64,000 nucleotides of DNA, from assembly GCA_963815655.1 (NCBI GenBank), contig CAWFHK010000001.1, positions 1,997,813-2,061,812 on the forward strand, in the 5' to 3' direction. Positions 55,179 to 64,000 of this stretch are shown one piece after another. Each line of letters starts with the position of its first letter. Position 1 is the stretch's first letter. This stretch comes from an uncultured Acidobacteriota bacterium (GTDB lineage Bacteria > Acidobacteriota > Thermoanaerobaculia > UBA5066 > Gp7-AA6). The notes under the pieces are model-generated. The model did not search any database and had not been told where the DNA came from. It was given only the letters and a program-made list of their open reading frames with translations. Both the position numbers and the translations under genes were made by a program.

Positions 55179-57080
55179 ATGAGACGTCGCCTTTCGGCAG
55201 CGTTCGCGTGGTTCATGCCGGTGTGCATCTCCGGTGGATGGTGCTTGGCCGCGCCCGCGCCTTCGCCGGTACTCGCGTCGCCTCTGGCTCCCCCGATTTC
55301 CGGGATCGTCAGCCACCTCGAGAATCCGATCGGGGGCGCGCTCGTGATCCTGTACAACCTCGGGGATACTTCACTGACCCGCTCGCGCACAGCTCCGGAC
55401 GGCACGTTCGTTCTCGCTTCGGCGCCGGTCGGCCTGTACGACCTGGTCGCCTACAAGACCGGGTTCCTTCCTTCGCTGGTGCGCCTGTGGCACCAGCCCG
55501 CATCCGTCGGAGTGAGCGCGGTGCGGATCCAGCTGGCCGCCAGGTCTGAAAGCCCGCGCGTTCGTGACGCCTCCTCGAGCGTCTGGGAGCTGCGTGACAA
55601 ACTTCCCGCCGACGTCTTGAGGGAAATCGAGCTCGAGGCCGGCGCCGAGGGAACGCCGCTTTCCGGCCGCGTCCGCCTCGACAAGATGGTCGTCGGGGAA
55701 GTCCGGGCCGTCTCGGACGTTGCCCAGGGCGATTCTTCTCTTTCCCGCACCGCCGTCGGTGTGCGCGGGGGACTTCCGAACGGCTGGCATTACGACCTTC
55801 GGGGAGACTACGCCGCCGTGTCCACCCCCTCGGGAGTGTCCGATGCGTCCGTGACCGCCGGAAACGCGGCGGGACTGGCCCTCGACGTCGCCATGTCTCC
55901 GCTCGACCGAGTCAGCTTGACGACACGCCGCCACACCCTCAGCCTGCACGACGACCGCGTTGCGAGTCTCCAGACCCACGGGGTCTCCTGGTCCCGCGAC
56001 AACGAGGAAGGGAATGTCGAATCGGTCGCGGCGCGATACGTGGAAGAAACAAACCTCTACCGGGCCACGTCGCCCGGATCCACGTTCTTCCCGCTCGCTT
56101 CGCGTACCTGGGAGGTCCGCGGGAACTACGCACGGGCCGCGACGGACTCGCCCGGCGTCGCGGTCGCGATGACTTACCGCCACCGGGAGGGAACCATCGG
56201 TCCCTCGGGCGTCGGCTCCGACGGGGCCTTCCTGATGTCGGCGCCCGATGGAGACCTTTCCGCTGTCTCCTCGGTGCGCGTCTCCTCGCGGGCCGAGGTC
56301 GAGGGGGGAGTCGTCGCTCGCTATCTCGCGGGTGGGTACGGTCTCGCGCCGCGTCTGGGAGCGAGCTACGACCTCGGGGACAAGACCTACGTCTTCGTAC
56401 ATGGCCTCTACCGGGTCGCGGAATCGGGCACCGCCACCGGAACCGTGCTCCCGCTGGTCACTTCCGTCGAAGACAGCGGAGAAGCGGTTTCCCGCAGGGG
56501 ATTCGTGCTCGGGCTCGAGCGGCGCGCCGGCCCCAACGGCTCCTTCCGCCTCGAAGCGTCGGATCAGCGGATCAACGAAACGGTCCGGGCCTTCTTCGAA
56601 GGGGACTTCCTCACGGACTTCGATAGCATCTACCTCTTCGACGGCAATTCCGTCCGCCAGTACAAGCTCTCGGGAAGCCACCGCCTGACCGACAAGGTCT
56701 CGGGCAGCATCGGGTTGCGTTACGGAAGGATCGGAGGCGATCCGGCCTCCGACTCCGGGAAGAGCTTCGGAATCACCGGCAACAAGGGGCGCTTCTGGTC
56801 GGCCCGCGCAGCGGTGGAAATCGTGCCGACCCACACGGGAGTCGCCGTCATCGTCCGGGGAGTCCGCCAAGACCTGGCGACGGCGGCGGCGCTCCAGACC
56901 AACGACTCGAGCAAGATCGCGATTTCCCTCGCTCAAGACCTTTCGGTCGTCGGTGTCAATCCGTTCGGGTCGGTCTGCAAGCTCCTCGTTGCCCTGGAAA
57001 CAGCCCGAAGCGCCGCTCTCACCGGCGACGATTCCTCCTCGACCAACCGCCTGCTGGGAGGGGTGGCAATCTCGTTCTAG
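55179..57080 (+). CDS. Outer-membrane protein with an N-terminal carboxypeptidase-regulatory-like (CarbopepD_reg) domain and a beta-barrel
   Basis: Signal peptide MRRRLSAAFAWFMPVCISGGWCLAAPA; SGIVSHLENPIGGALVILYN...DGTFVLASAPVGLYDLVAYKTGF Ig-like domain; alternating beta-strand pattern; terminal F. Confidence 0.65.
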   Translation: MRRRLSAAFAWFMPVCISGGWCLAAPAPSPVLASPLAPPISGIVSHLENPIGGALVILYNLGDTSLTRSRTAPDGTFVLASAPVGLYDLVAYKTGFLPSLVRLWHQPASVGVSAVRIQLAARSESPRVRDASSSVWELRDKLPADVLREIELEAGAEGTPLSGRVRLDKMVVGEVRAVSDVAQGDSSLSRTAVGVRGGLPNGWHYDLRGDYAAVSTPSGVSDASVTAGNAAGLALDVAMSPLDRVSLTTRRHTLSLHDDRVASLQTHGVSWSRDNEEGNVESVAARYVEETNLYRATSPGSTFFPLASRTWEVRGNYARAATDSPGVAVAMTYRHREGTIGPSGVGSDGAFLMSAPDGDLSAVSSVRVSSRAEVEGGVVARYLAGGYGLAPRLGASYDLGDKTYVFVHGLYRVAESGTATGTVLPLVTSVEDSGEAVSRRGFVLGLERRAGPNGSFRLEASDQRINETVRAFFEGDFLTDFDSIYLFDGNSVRQYKLSGSHRLTDKVSGSIGLRYGRIGGDPASDSGKSFGITGNKGRFWSARAAVEIVPTHTGVAVIVRGVRQDLATAAALQTNDSSKIAISLAQDLSVVGVNPFGSVCKLLVALETARSAALTGDDSSSTNRLLGGVAISF

Positions 57081-57198
57081 ACGGGTCTTCCCCCCTGCTC
57101 TCCTTCTCGCAAACCGTTTCCGCCTATCCAAAATAATCTCAAGGTATATTCACAAAATTGGATTTCGGACTGTCTGCGCTCGCTGTTCTTTTTCGTAA

Positions 57199-59994
57199 GT
57201 GACTGTGAAAAATGGCTTTCCTTCATGGTATCCAATGGCTTGGCGTGGCATCCGGATTGCTGAATCAGCACTCGTGTCTCGCCTGACCAAGTCGCTGGCC
57301 CTGGGGCTCGCTCTGCTCGTCACTGCGGCGACGGTCGGCATCGCGTTCCTGTCTTTCGCCCGCAAGGTCGACACGTTTTCGCGGCCGGGCTTCGACTCGG
57401 TGCGATCGGGTGGCGCCCTGACGATTACGCGGATCGAGCCCGGCGGGGCGGCCGCCGCGGCGGGCCTCTCGCCGGGAGACCGCATCATCACCGCCGACGG
57501 CCAGACGGCGGCCTCTCTGCCCCAGCCCGAACGGAGCCTGGCGCGCAAGCCCTTCCCGCACCGCCTGGTCGTCGTCTCCAACGGAGAAGTCCGCGAGGTG
57601 CGCCTGGCGCGACCAGGTGTGGCGCTCGACCGCACCTATCTCTTCCTCGCGTTCGTCGGTTTTCTCTATCTCCTGATCGGGCTCTTCACGGTCTCGCGGG
57701 AGCGCGCCGGAGCCGCACGAATCTTCTGGGCGCTCTGCCTCTCCTCCTTCGCGGTCTACGTGGTCACTCCCGCGGGGCCGCACGATGCGCTCTGGAAGGC
57801 GTTTCTCCTGACGGAGGATGTCTATCGCGCGCTCCTCCCGGCCCTCTTCCTCCACTTCTTCCTGGTCTTCCCGCGCCCCCTCCCGGCGGGACGGCGCCGG
57901 ACCTTGCCGCTTCTCTACCTCCCGGGGGCGGCCTACCTGGCCCTGCAGGAAGCGCCGCTCATCTCGCCCCGCGCGGACGCGGCGGTTCTGCTCGAGCTCG
58001 CGACACGGTTATGGCAGCTCTACTTCGCGCTCTTCGGCGCCGCCGCGCTCTGGCGCCTGGCGAAACTCCTGCGGCGTCGCCGCGAGGACGCCGAAGCGGA
58101 AAAGCAGATGCGCTGGATCGGGCTCGGAGTTGCGGTCGGTCTCGCCCCGTTCCTGCTGCTGTCGGTCTTTCCGCGGATTCTCGGACTGGCTTCACCGCTG
58201 CTCTCGAGCCTTTCGGTCGTCCCGCTCGTCCTCATCCCGCTCGCCTTCGCCTATGCGATCCTGAAGTGGCGGCTCTGGGACGTTGAGATCTTCGTGCGGG
58301 AAGCGCTCGCGACGACGGCGGCGGTTCTTCTGGGCGGCATGACGTTCGTGCTTCTGAACACGCTTCTCGACCGCACGTTCGAAGGGATGGCGGAGGCGGG
58401 AAAGAACGTCATCGCATTCGGCTCCGGCATCGTCCTCGCCGCGCTTCTCGTTCCGATGAAGAAGCGGATCACGGGCGTCCTGGAGAGGATTCAGTACCAC
58501 GATACCTACCGGGCGCGCCGCGCTCTGCTCGACATCGCCAGGGACTTCTCGACTCCGCGCGCTCAGGAGGACCTCTCGGCCGCGATCGTCCAGCGCGTGG
58601 AGGACGGGCTCCACGTCGTGCCCTGCTCGCTCTTCCTCTTCGAGGGGCGGAGCCTGGCGGGCGAGGACTGGGAGCTGCTCTCGCGGCGCCTGGCCGCGCG
58701 AGACGTCTGGCGCTTGCGCGGGGCCGCCTTCGGGCAGGAGGACGAGCCCGCGGCGGAGCGGTTTCACGCGGCGGGCTACCGCGTCTTCTTCGCGCTGCGC
58801 TGCGCGGGCAATCTCGTCGGCGCACTCGGCGCCGGCCACAAGGATGGGCGCGTGCCCCTCTCCTCGGAAGATGAGTCGTTGCTGATGGCGGTCATGGCCC
58901 AGGCCGGCCTCGCCTACGAGAACGCCCGCCTCTACGGCGCTCTGGCCGAGCGGCTGGAGGAGATCCGGAACCTGCAGCAGTACCAGGAGAGTGTCATCCG
59001 CTCCTCTTCTTCCGGAATCCTCGTCATCGACCGCGAGGGCCGCTTGCAATCCGCCAACCCCGCCTTCGCGGCGATCGTGGGTCGCCCGGAAGCGGATCTG
59101 GTCGGCTCGACGTTCGCGCAGGTCCTGCCGAACGTGGACCTGCCGCCGACCCCGGAGGAAGGGGGCGAGAGCGCTGTCGAGGCCCGTTTCTGGAACTCCC
59201 GCGGCGAGGAGCGGGATCTCCGCGTCTCGGTCTCGGCTTTCCACGGAGAGCCGGACCGGCGGGTCGTCCTCGTGGACGACGTGACCGACCGGGTCCGCGC
59301 CGAAAAGGCGCTCGCGGAGCGGGAGCGCCTGGCGTCGCTCGGCGTGCTCGCGGCCGGCGTCGCCCACGAGGTCAACACCCCCATCGCGGGCCTCTCCTCC
59401 TATGCGCAACTGCTTCTCGCCGAAACGGCGCCCGGCGATCCCCGATACAAGATCCTGAAGAAGATGGAGAGACAGACCTTCCGCGCCGCTCATCTGGTCA
59501 ACAACCTGCTCGAATTCGCGCGCCCCCGGCCGCGCGCCAGCGTTCGCGCCGACCTGCGCTCTGTGATCTCCAACGCGGCCGAGTCGGTGGAGACGACGTT
59601 CGGCAACCGCCGGCTCGTGTTCCATCCCGACGGAGGGGGCGAGCCGGCCTGGGTCCTGGGCGACCCGCGCGAGCTCGAGCAGGTCTTCGTCAACCTGTTC
59701 ACCAATGCCCGCGACGCCTCGCCCGACGGAAGCGAGGTCACGTGCCGCTTCGACACGGACGGCCAATCCCTCCGCGTCGGGATCGCCGACCGCGGAGTGG
59801 GGCTCCCCCCGGGCGGAGCCGACAGGCTCTTCGAGCCCTTCTTCACGACCAAGAAGTCGGGCGGCACCGGGCTCGGCCTCGCCATTTCGCGGGACATCGT
59901 GCACCGCCACGGAGGCGAGATCCGGCTCGCGCCTCGCGACGGGGGAGGGGTGGAGGCCGTGGTGACGCTGCCTCTTTCCCCTCCGGTGCCATGA
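57199..59994 (+). CDS. PDZ-domain, polytopic-membrane, GAF, PAS, histidine kinase sensor
   Basis: PDZ (GLSPGDRIITADG), a membrane block with FLHFFLVFPRP (paralogous to the 21192..23810 gene), GAF, PAS, the H-box LAAGVAHEVNTP and HATPase_c G-boxes. The start codon is uncertain (GTG 57199 or ATG 57235). Confidence 0.8.
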   Translation: MTVKNGFPSWYPMAWRGIRIAESALVSRLTKSLALGLALLVTAATVGIAFLSFARKVDTFSRPGFDSVRSGGALTITRIEPGGAAAAAGLSPGDRIITADGQTAASLPQPERSLARKPFPHRLVVVSNGEVREVRLARPGVALDRTYLFLAFVGFLYLLIGLFTVSRERAGAARIFWALCLSSFAVYVVTPAGPHDALWKAFLLTEDVYRALLPALFLHFFLVFPRPLPAGRRRTLPLLYLPGAAYLALQEAPLISPRADAAVLLELATRLWQLYFALFGAAALWRLAKLLRRRREDAEAEKQMRWIGLGVAVGLAPFLLLSVFPRILGLASPLLSSLSVVPLVLIPLAFAYAILKWRLWDVEIFVREALATTAAVLLGGMTFVLLNTLLDRTFEGMAEAGKNVIAFGSGIVLAALLVPMKKRITGVLERIQYHDTYRARRALLDIARDFSTPRAQEDLSAAIVQRVEDGLHVVPCSLFLFEGRSLAGEDWELLSRRLAARDVWRLRGAAFGQEDEPAAERFHAAGYRVFFALRCAGNLVGALGAGHKDGRVPLSSEDESLLMAVMAQAGLAYENARLYGALAERLEEIRNLQQYQESVIRSSSSGILVIDREGRLQSANPAFAAIVGRPEADLVGSTFAQVLPNVDLPPTPEEGGESAVEARFWNSRGEERDLRVSVSAFHGEPDRRVVLVDDVTDRVRAEKALAERERLASLGVLAAGVAHEVNTPIAGLSSYAQLLLAETAPGDPRYKILKKMERQTFRAAHLVNNLLEFARPRPRASVRADLRSVISNAAESVETTFGNRRLVFHPDGGGEPAWVLGDPRELEQVFVNLFTNARDASPDGSEVTCRFDTDGQSLRVGIADRGVGLPPGGADRLFEPFFTTKKSGGTGLGLAISRDIVHRHGGEIRLAPRDGGGVEAVVTLPLSPPVP

Positions 59995-61373
59995 GCCACG
60001 CCCTGCGCCTCCTCGTCGTGGATGACGAGGAGGTCATCCGCGACGTTCTTTCGACGCTCCTCGAGCGCGAGGGCTACGACGTGACGGTGGCGGCCGACGC
60101 GGCGGAAGCCCTTTCGCAGTTCGAGTCGGAGCCGTTCGACGTGGTCCTGCTCGACCTGATGCTCCCCGACCGCCCCGGCCTCGAAGTGCTCCGGGAGATC
60201 CGCAGCCGCGACCCGGACGCCGTCGTGGTGATCGTCACGGCTTACTCCTCGATCGAAGGGGCGATCGACGCGATGAGGGAAGGGGCATTCCATTACATTC
60301 CCAAGCCCTTCCAGAACGAGGAAGTCCTCCTGACTGTCGAGAAGGGCGCGGAGAAGCGCCAGCTGACGGAGGAGAACCGCCGGCTGCGTCAGGAACTCTC
60401 CAGGCGCTATGGCCTCGGCCGCATCGTCGGGAAATCGGAAGGGATGCGCCGCGTCTTCGAGCTCGTGCGCCTGGCGGGCCCCTCCAAGTCCACGATTCTC
60501 GTGGAAGGGGAGAGCGGCACCGGCAAGGAGCTCGTGGCGCGGGCGATCCACACGCACTCGCCGCGCTCGGGCGCGCCGTTCGTCACGGTCAACTCGGGCT
60601 CGATGCCGACGGATCTGCTGGAGTCGAATCTGTTCGGGCACGTCCGCGGCGCCTTCACCGGGGCGGTCGCCAACAAGAAGGGGCTCTTCGAGGCGGCCGA
60701 GGGAGGGTCGATCTTCTTCGACGAGATCGGAACCGTGAGCCTGGAGACGCAGGCGAAGCTCCTGCGGGTCATCCAGGAGAAGGAGTTCATGCGGGTCGGC
60801 TCGGTGGAGACCCAGAAGGCCGACGTGCGCATCATCGCCGCGACGAACGCGGACCTGAAGCAGATGGTCGCGGAAGGCCGCTTTCGCGACGACCTCTACT
60901 ACCGCCTCTGCGTCATCACGATCCCGATCCCTCCGCTGCGGGAGCGCCGGGAGGACATCCCGCTCCTCGCCGAGCACTTCGTCCGACTCTACGCGTCGGA
61001 GAACTCCAAGACGATCTCCGGCCTCGACCCGGACGCGCTGCGCGCCCTGCTCGACTACAACTGGCCGGGCAACGTCCGGGAGCTGGAGAACGCGATCGAA
61101 CGGGCCGTCGTCCTCTGTTCCGGCGGACTGATCGGCCTCGACCTTCTGCCGGAGAGCGTCCTGCAGCCGGACCGCGCGGAGATTCCCGTCCGGCTTCCCG
61201 AGAACGGCTCCACCTACAAGGACCTTGTCGAAGACTACGAGCGGCGCCTCGTCCGCACTGCCCTGCGTCGCACCGGCGGTGTTCAGAAGCGCGCCGCGGA
61301 GCTCCTGCGCGTCAAGCCCACGACGCTGCACGAGATCATCAAGCGCCTCGAGATCATGAGCCGGGGAACGTGA
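59991..61373 (+). CDS. Sigma-54-dependent NtrC-family response regulator
   Basis: ATG overlaps the kinase stop (ATGA); REC domain (LLVVDDE...D at LLDLMLPD), AAA+ sigma-54 domain (GESGTGKE, GAFTGA, RIIAATN), C-terminal Fis HTH. Confidence 0.9.
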   Translation: MSHALRLLVVDDEEVIRDVLSTLLEREGYDVTVAADAAEALSQFESEPFDVVLLDLMLPDRPGLEVLREIRSRDPDAVVVIVTAYSSIEGAIDAMREGAFHYIPKPFQNEEVLLTVEKGAEKRQLTEENRRLRQELSRRYGLGRIVGKSEGMRRVFELVRLAGPSKSTILVEGESGTGKELVARAIHTHSPRSGAPFVTVNSGSMPTDLLESNLFGHVRGAFTGAVANKKGLFEAAEGGSIFFDEIGTVSLETQAKLLRVIQEKEFMRVGSVETQKADVRIIAATNADLKQMVAEGRFRDDLYYRLCVITIPIPPLRERREDIPLLAEHFVRLYASENSKTISGLDPDALRALLDYNWPGNVRELENAIERAVVLCSGGLIGLDLLPESVLQPDRAEIPVRLPENGSTYKDLVEDYERRLVRTALRRTGGVQKRAAELLRVKPTTLHEIIKRLEIMSRGT

Positions 61374-61389
61374 CGAGGTCTCAAGTTTC

Positions 61390-61467
61390 AGGTTTCGAGT
61401 TTCAAGAGGCGTGAGCTCCGGGACCTGTCTGAAACCTGAAACTTGAAACCTGAAACGGACCTCACAT
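61390..61467. repeat. GTTTCA-family palindromic hairpin (copy 4) between convergent genes
   Basis: ctcaagtttcaggtttcgagtttcaag ... tgaaacctgaaacttgaaacctgaaac. Confidence 0.7.
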
Positions 61468-62805
61468 GCGCGACTTGAGGCTCACGACAGCCGCGCGGAT
61501 CTCTTCGGGAGTCGGCTTCAATCCGCCGACGGTGGCGTCTCCGGCCCTGTAGCGGATGATGCCGTCCACGACGGTCGCGAAGACGTTGGCGGGGCCCATC
61601 GAGTAGACGACGGCGCCGTACGGCTCGTCGGACCAGTCGTCGGGGAGCGACCACCCCGCCTCCGGGTCCAGGATAGCGAGATCCGCGCGGGCGCCCGGCA
61701 GCAGGCCTTCGGGGCCCGGGAGATGGAGAGCGCGCCCCCCTCCCCAGGTGGCCATTCGCAGGACCTCGAAGGCGGAGAGCCCCTCCGGCGTCGGGCGGGT
61801 CCGGGGCAGGAAGCACGCCAGCCGCATCTCCCGGAAGGGATCAAGCGAGTTGTTGCAGGCCGCTCCATCCGAGCCCAGCGCGACGTTGACGCCCGCGTGG
61901 CGAAGGTCGGCGAGTGGGCAGACTCCCGATGCCAGCCGCATGTTCGACGTCGGGCAGTGCGCGACGCTCGTCGCTCGGGCCCGCAGGATCTCCCAGTCCA
62001 CCGCGTCCGTGTGGACCGCGTGCGCCAGGCAGGTCCTTCCGGTCAGGAAACCGGTGGCGTCGAGGTAGGCGACGTTCCCCAGGCCGGTGCGGCGACGAAC
62101 GAGCGCGACCTCGGCGCGGTTCTCCGACGCGTGGGTGTGCAGGAGAAGTTTCGCGTCCGCCGCATACTCCGCGGCGCGGCGCAGGAGCGCATCGGTGCAA
62201 CTGACCGCGAAACGCGGCTGCACGGCGACGCGCAATCTCCCCCCCTCCTTTCCGTGGTAGGCGGCGCGCAGCCGCTCGGTCTCGGCGAGTCCCTCCGTCG
62301 CGGAGGCGCGCAGGTTCGAGGGCGTCGTCTCCGGGTCGTCCATGAGCACGTTGCCGCCGGCGTAACGGACGCCGGCCCGCGCCGCGGCGACGAACAGCGC
62401 GTCGGAGTGGCGGACCGTGCCCATGTCGAGGATCGCCGTCACCCCGGCGGCGAGACACTCGGAGAGGCCGAGGCGCGCGGAGAGATCCATTGTCTCTTCG
62501 TCGTGGGCGGCTTCGCCCGGCCAGACGTGCGTCTCCAACCACGGCAGGAGCTCCAGCTCCTCGGGCCCGTTGCGAAGGAGCGTCTGGCAGAGATGGAGGT
62601 GGGCCTGCACGAAGCCGGGGAGCGCCCACTTGCCGCGCGCGTCCAGCCTGTCGACCGGCTCTCCCGGCTCCCCGGCGAGCCGGCGCGCCTCTTCGCCCGT
62701 CGCGCGGATCGCGCCCCCCTCCGCGTAGAGGTCGGTCGCGGGCCGGATGTCCTTGCGGTCGGCCAGGCCAAGCATCGTCGCGCCCTCGACAAGCAGGCGA
62801 CTCAT
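61462..62805 (-). CDS. Amidohydrolase of the TRZ/ATZ-cytosine deaminase family (MTA/SAH deaminase-like)
   Basis: HLHLCQT, HTHASEN and GSDGAACNNSLD metal-binding motifs. Confidence 0.75.
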   Translation of the reverse strand: MSRLLVEGATMLGLADRKDIRPATDLYAEGGAIRATGEEARRLAGEPGEPVDRLDARGKWALPGFVQAHLHLCQTLLRNGPEELELLPWLETHVWPGEAAHDEETMDLSARLGLSECLAAGVTAILDMGTVRHSDALFVAAARAGVRYAGGNVLMDDPETTPSNLRASATEGLAETERLRAAYHGKEGGRLRVAVQPRFAVSCTDALLRRAAEYAADAKLLLHTHASENRAEVALVRRRTGLGNVAYLDATGFLTGRTCLAHAVHTDAVDWEILRARATSVAHCPTSNMRLASGVCPLADLRHAGVNVALGSDGAACNNSLDPFREMRLACFLPRTRPTPEGLSAFEVLRMATWGGGRALHLPGPEGLLPGARADLAILDPEAGWSLPDDWSDEPYGAVVYSMGPANVFATVVDGIIRYRAGDATVGGLKPTPEEIRAAVVSLKSRM

Positions 62806-62839
62806 CGGCGCTCCGTATCGAGTCCCGCAGGACTCCGGC

Positions 62840-64000
62840 TTACATCACCGGCAGACGGCGAAGGATGACGAGCGTCCGATCGTCGCCGTAGGGCTCGCCG
62901 GCGGAGTGTTCCTCCTGGAAGCGCGCCAGCGCCGCGTCCACCTCCGCCGGCTCCCGTCCGATCTGGGTCTTCAGGAATTCCTTCAAACGGTCCAGCCCAA
63001 ATTCCTCTCCGGTCGGGTTGCAGGCTTCCGTGACTCCGTCCGTGTAGAGGCAGACGAACTCGTCGGGCTCGAGTGAGATCTTCGAAGAACCGTAGGGCCG
63101 CCCGGGAAAGAGGGCGAGCGGCAGCCCGTGCGAGGGGAGCTCGTCGATCTGTCCGCTCTTGCGGATCACGAGCCCCTGGTTGTGTCCCGCGTTGGTGTAC
63201 TCGATCTCGCCGGAGGCGGCGTCGAGAAGGAGGAGGAAGAACGTGATGAAGCGGTCGGGACCGGTGCGCCGGGAGATCGCCTCCGACAGCCGGCCGGTCA
63301 TCTCGGGCACCGGCACCTGCTCGTCGGCCCAGGCGTGGAACGACGCCTGAAGGGACGCCATCAGCAGCGCCGGCCCGATCCCCTTTCCGCAGACGTCCGC
63401 GATCGTCGCGTAGAACTTCCCGTCGGGCCGGGGCCGGAAATCGAAATAGTCGCCCGAGACCTGCCGCGATGGGAGGTTCGAGCCGTAGAACTCGTAGCCG
63501 GGCACGATGGGCGGGCTCTCGGGCAGGAGGCGTTGCTGGATCTCCTGGGCCAGCGCGAACTCGCGCTGCATCTGGCGCTTCTCGGCCGCCTCCGCCATCA
63601 GGCGCGCGTTCTGGATCTTCGCCGCGGCCACGTTGGCGAGCGAGGTCAGCAGGCGCAGGTCCGCTTCCTCGAACGAGCGGTGCCCCATCCGGCAGTCCAC
63701 GTAGATCAGGCCCACGACCTCTCCCCCGTTCTCCAGCGGCGCCGCGAGCACGGACTTGATGCCCGAGAGGCGGATGGACTCCGAGAGAGAGACGCCCGAG
63801 CCGCTCGCCGTGTCCATGAGGAGGAGGCCGTTCTTCTTCTCGACGACCGTGGCGACGAGGGTCTTGGAGAGCCGGATGTCCTCGGCGGAAATCCCCTCGG
63901 CGACGCGGACGACGGCCGGGACGAGCTCGCCCGTGACGTTCGAGCGCAGCAGGACGACGGCGCGGTCGGGCATGAGGGTCTCGAAGACCTTGTCCATCAG
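62840..64000 (-). CDS. GAF-domain PP2C (SpoIIE-family) phosphatase; N-terminus may extend beyond the window end
   Basis: GAF region plus the PP2C motifs GDYFDF, ADVCGKG and YTDGVTEA. Confidence 0.8.
   Translation of the reverse strand: MMDKVFETLMPDRAVVLLRSNVTGELVPAVVRVAEGISAEDIRLSKTLVATVVEKKNGLLLMDTASGSGVSLSESIRLSGIKSVLAAPLENGGEVVGLIYVDCRMGHRSFEEADLRLLTSLANVAAAKIQNARLMAEAAEKRQMQREFALAQEIQQRLLPESPPIVPGYEFYGSNLPSRQVSGDYFDFRPRPDGKFYATIADVCGKGIGPALLMASLQASFHAWADEQVPVPEMTGRLSEAISRRTGPDRFITFFLLLLDAASGEIEYTNAGHNQGLVIRKSGQIDELPSHGLPLALFPGRPYGSSKISLEPDEFVCLYTDGVTEACNPTGEEFGLDRLKEFLKTQIGREPAEVDAALARFQEEHSAGEPYGDDRTLVILRRLPVM

Overview
High-GC (~70%) bacterial chromosomal segment; gene content (sigma-54 enhancer-binding proteins, FG-GAP/PEGA/PKD exoproteins, GAF-PP2C partner-switching phosphatases, a Sec-containing SelD) suggests a Myxococcota- or Acidobacteriota-like Gram-negative organism. 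The six-frame track is dominated by long antisense and off-frame artefact ORFs, as expected at this GC content; real genes were picked by recognisable protein families, ATGA/GTGA/TTGA start-stop couplings and Shine-Dalgarno motifs. The window holds housekeeping genes (selD, glpD, a Kef-type antiporter, tRNA-Ala, pheA plus DAHP synthase/chorismate mutase, pcm, tmk, holB, a DnaJ-like gene, lrp, comF, proline dehydrogenase). It also holds a sigma-54-linked RsbW/RsbV/GAF-PP2C partner-switching operon, two paralogous PDZ-membrane sensors with different outputs, and a roughly 22.6 kb minus-strand supercluster (25.4-48.1 kb). That supercluster contains Wzm, an FG-GAP lipoprotein, a Cys-rich secreted protein, a 1540-aa PKD/Pro-Thr-rich adhesin, an RRE-radical SAM-SPASM maturase, Wzt with a C-terminal carbohydrate-binding domain, a methyltransferase-GT1 fusion carrying an in-frame octanucleotide tandem repeat, an LmbE-GT2 fusion, a GNAT, several GT1/GT2 genes and a PEGA protein. 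I read the supercluster as a candidate ABC-transporter-dependent, methyl-capped glycan / surface-protein glycosylation system with a possibly phase-variable step. Two intergenic palindromic repeat families (GTTTCA-hexamer hairpins in 4 copies; GGTGG-rich long hairpins in 2 copies), an AT-rich island carrying a sigma-54 promoter, and an aldo-keto-reductase/F420-reductase gene-fusion remnant next to tRNA-Ala are also present.
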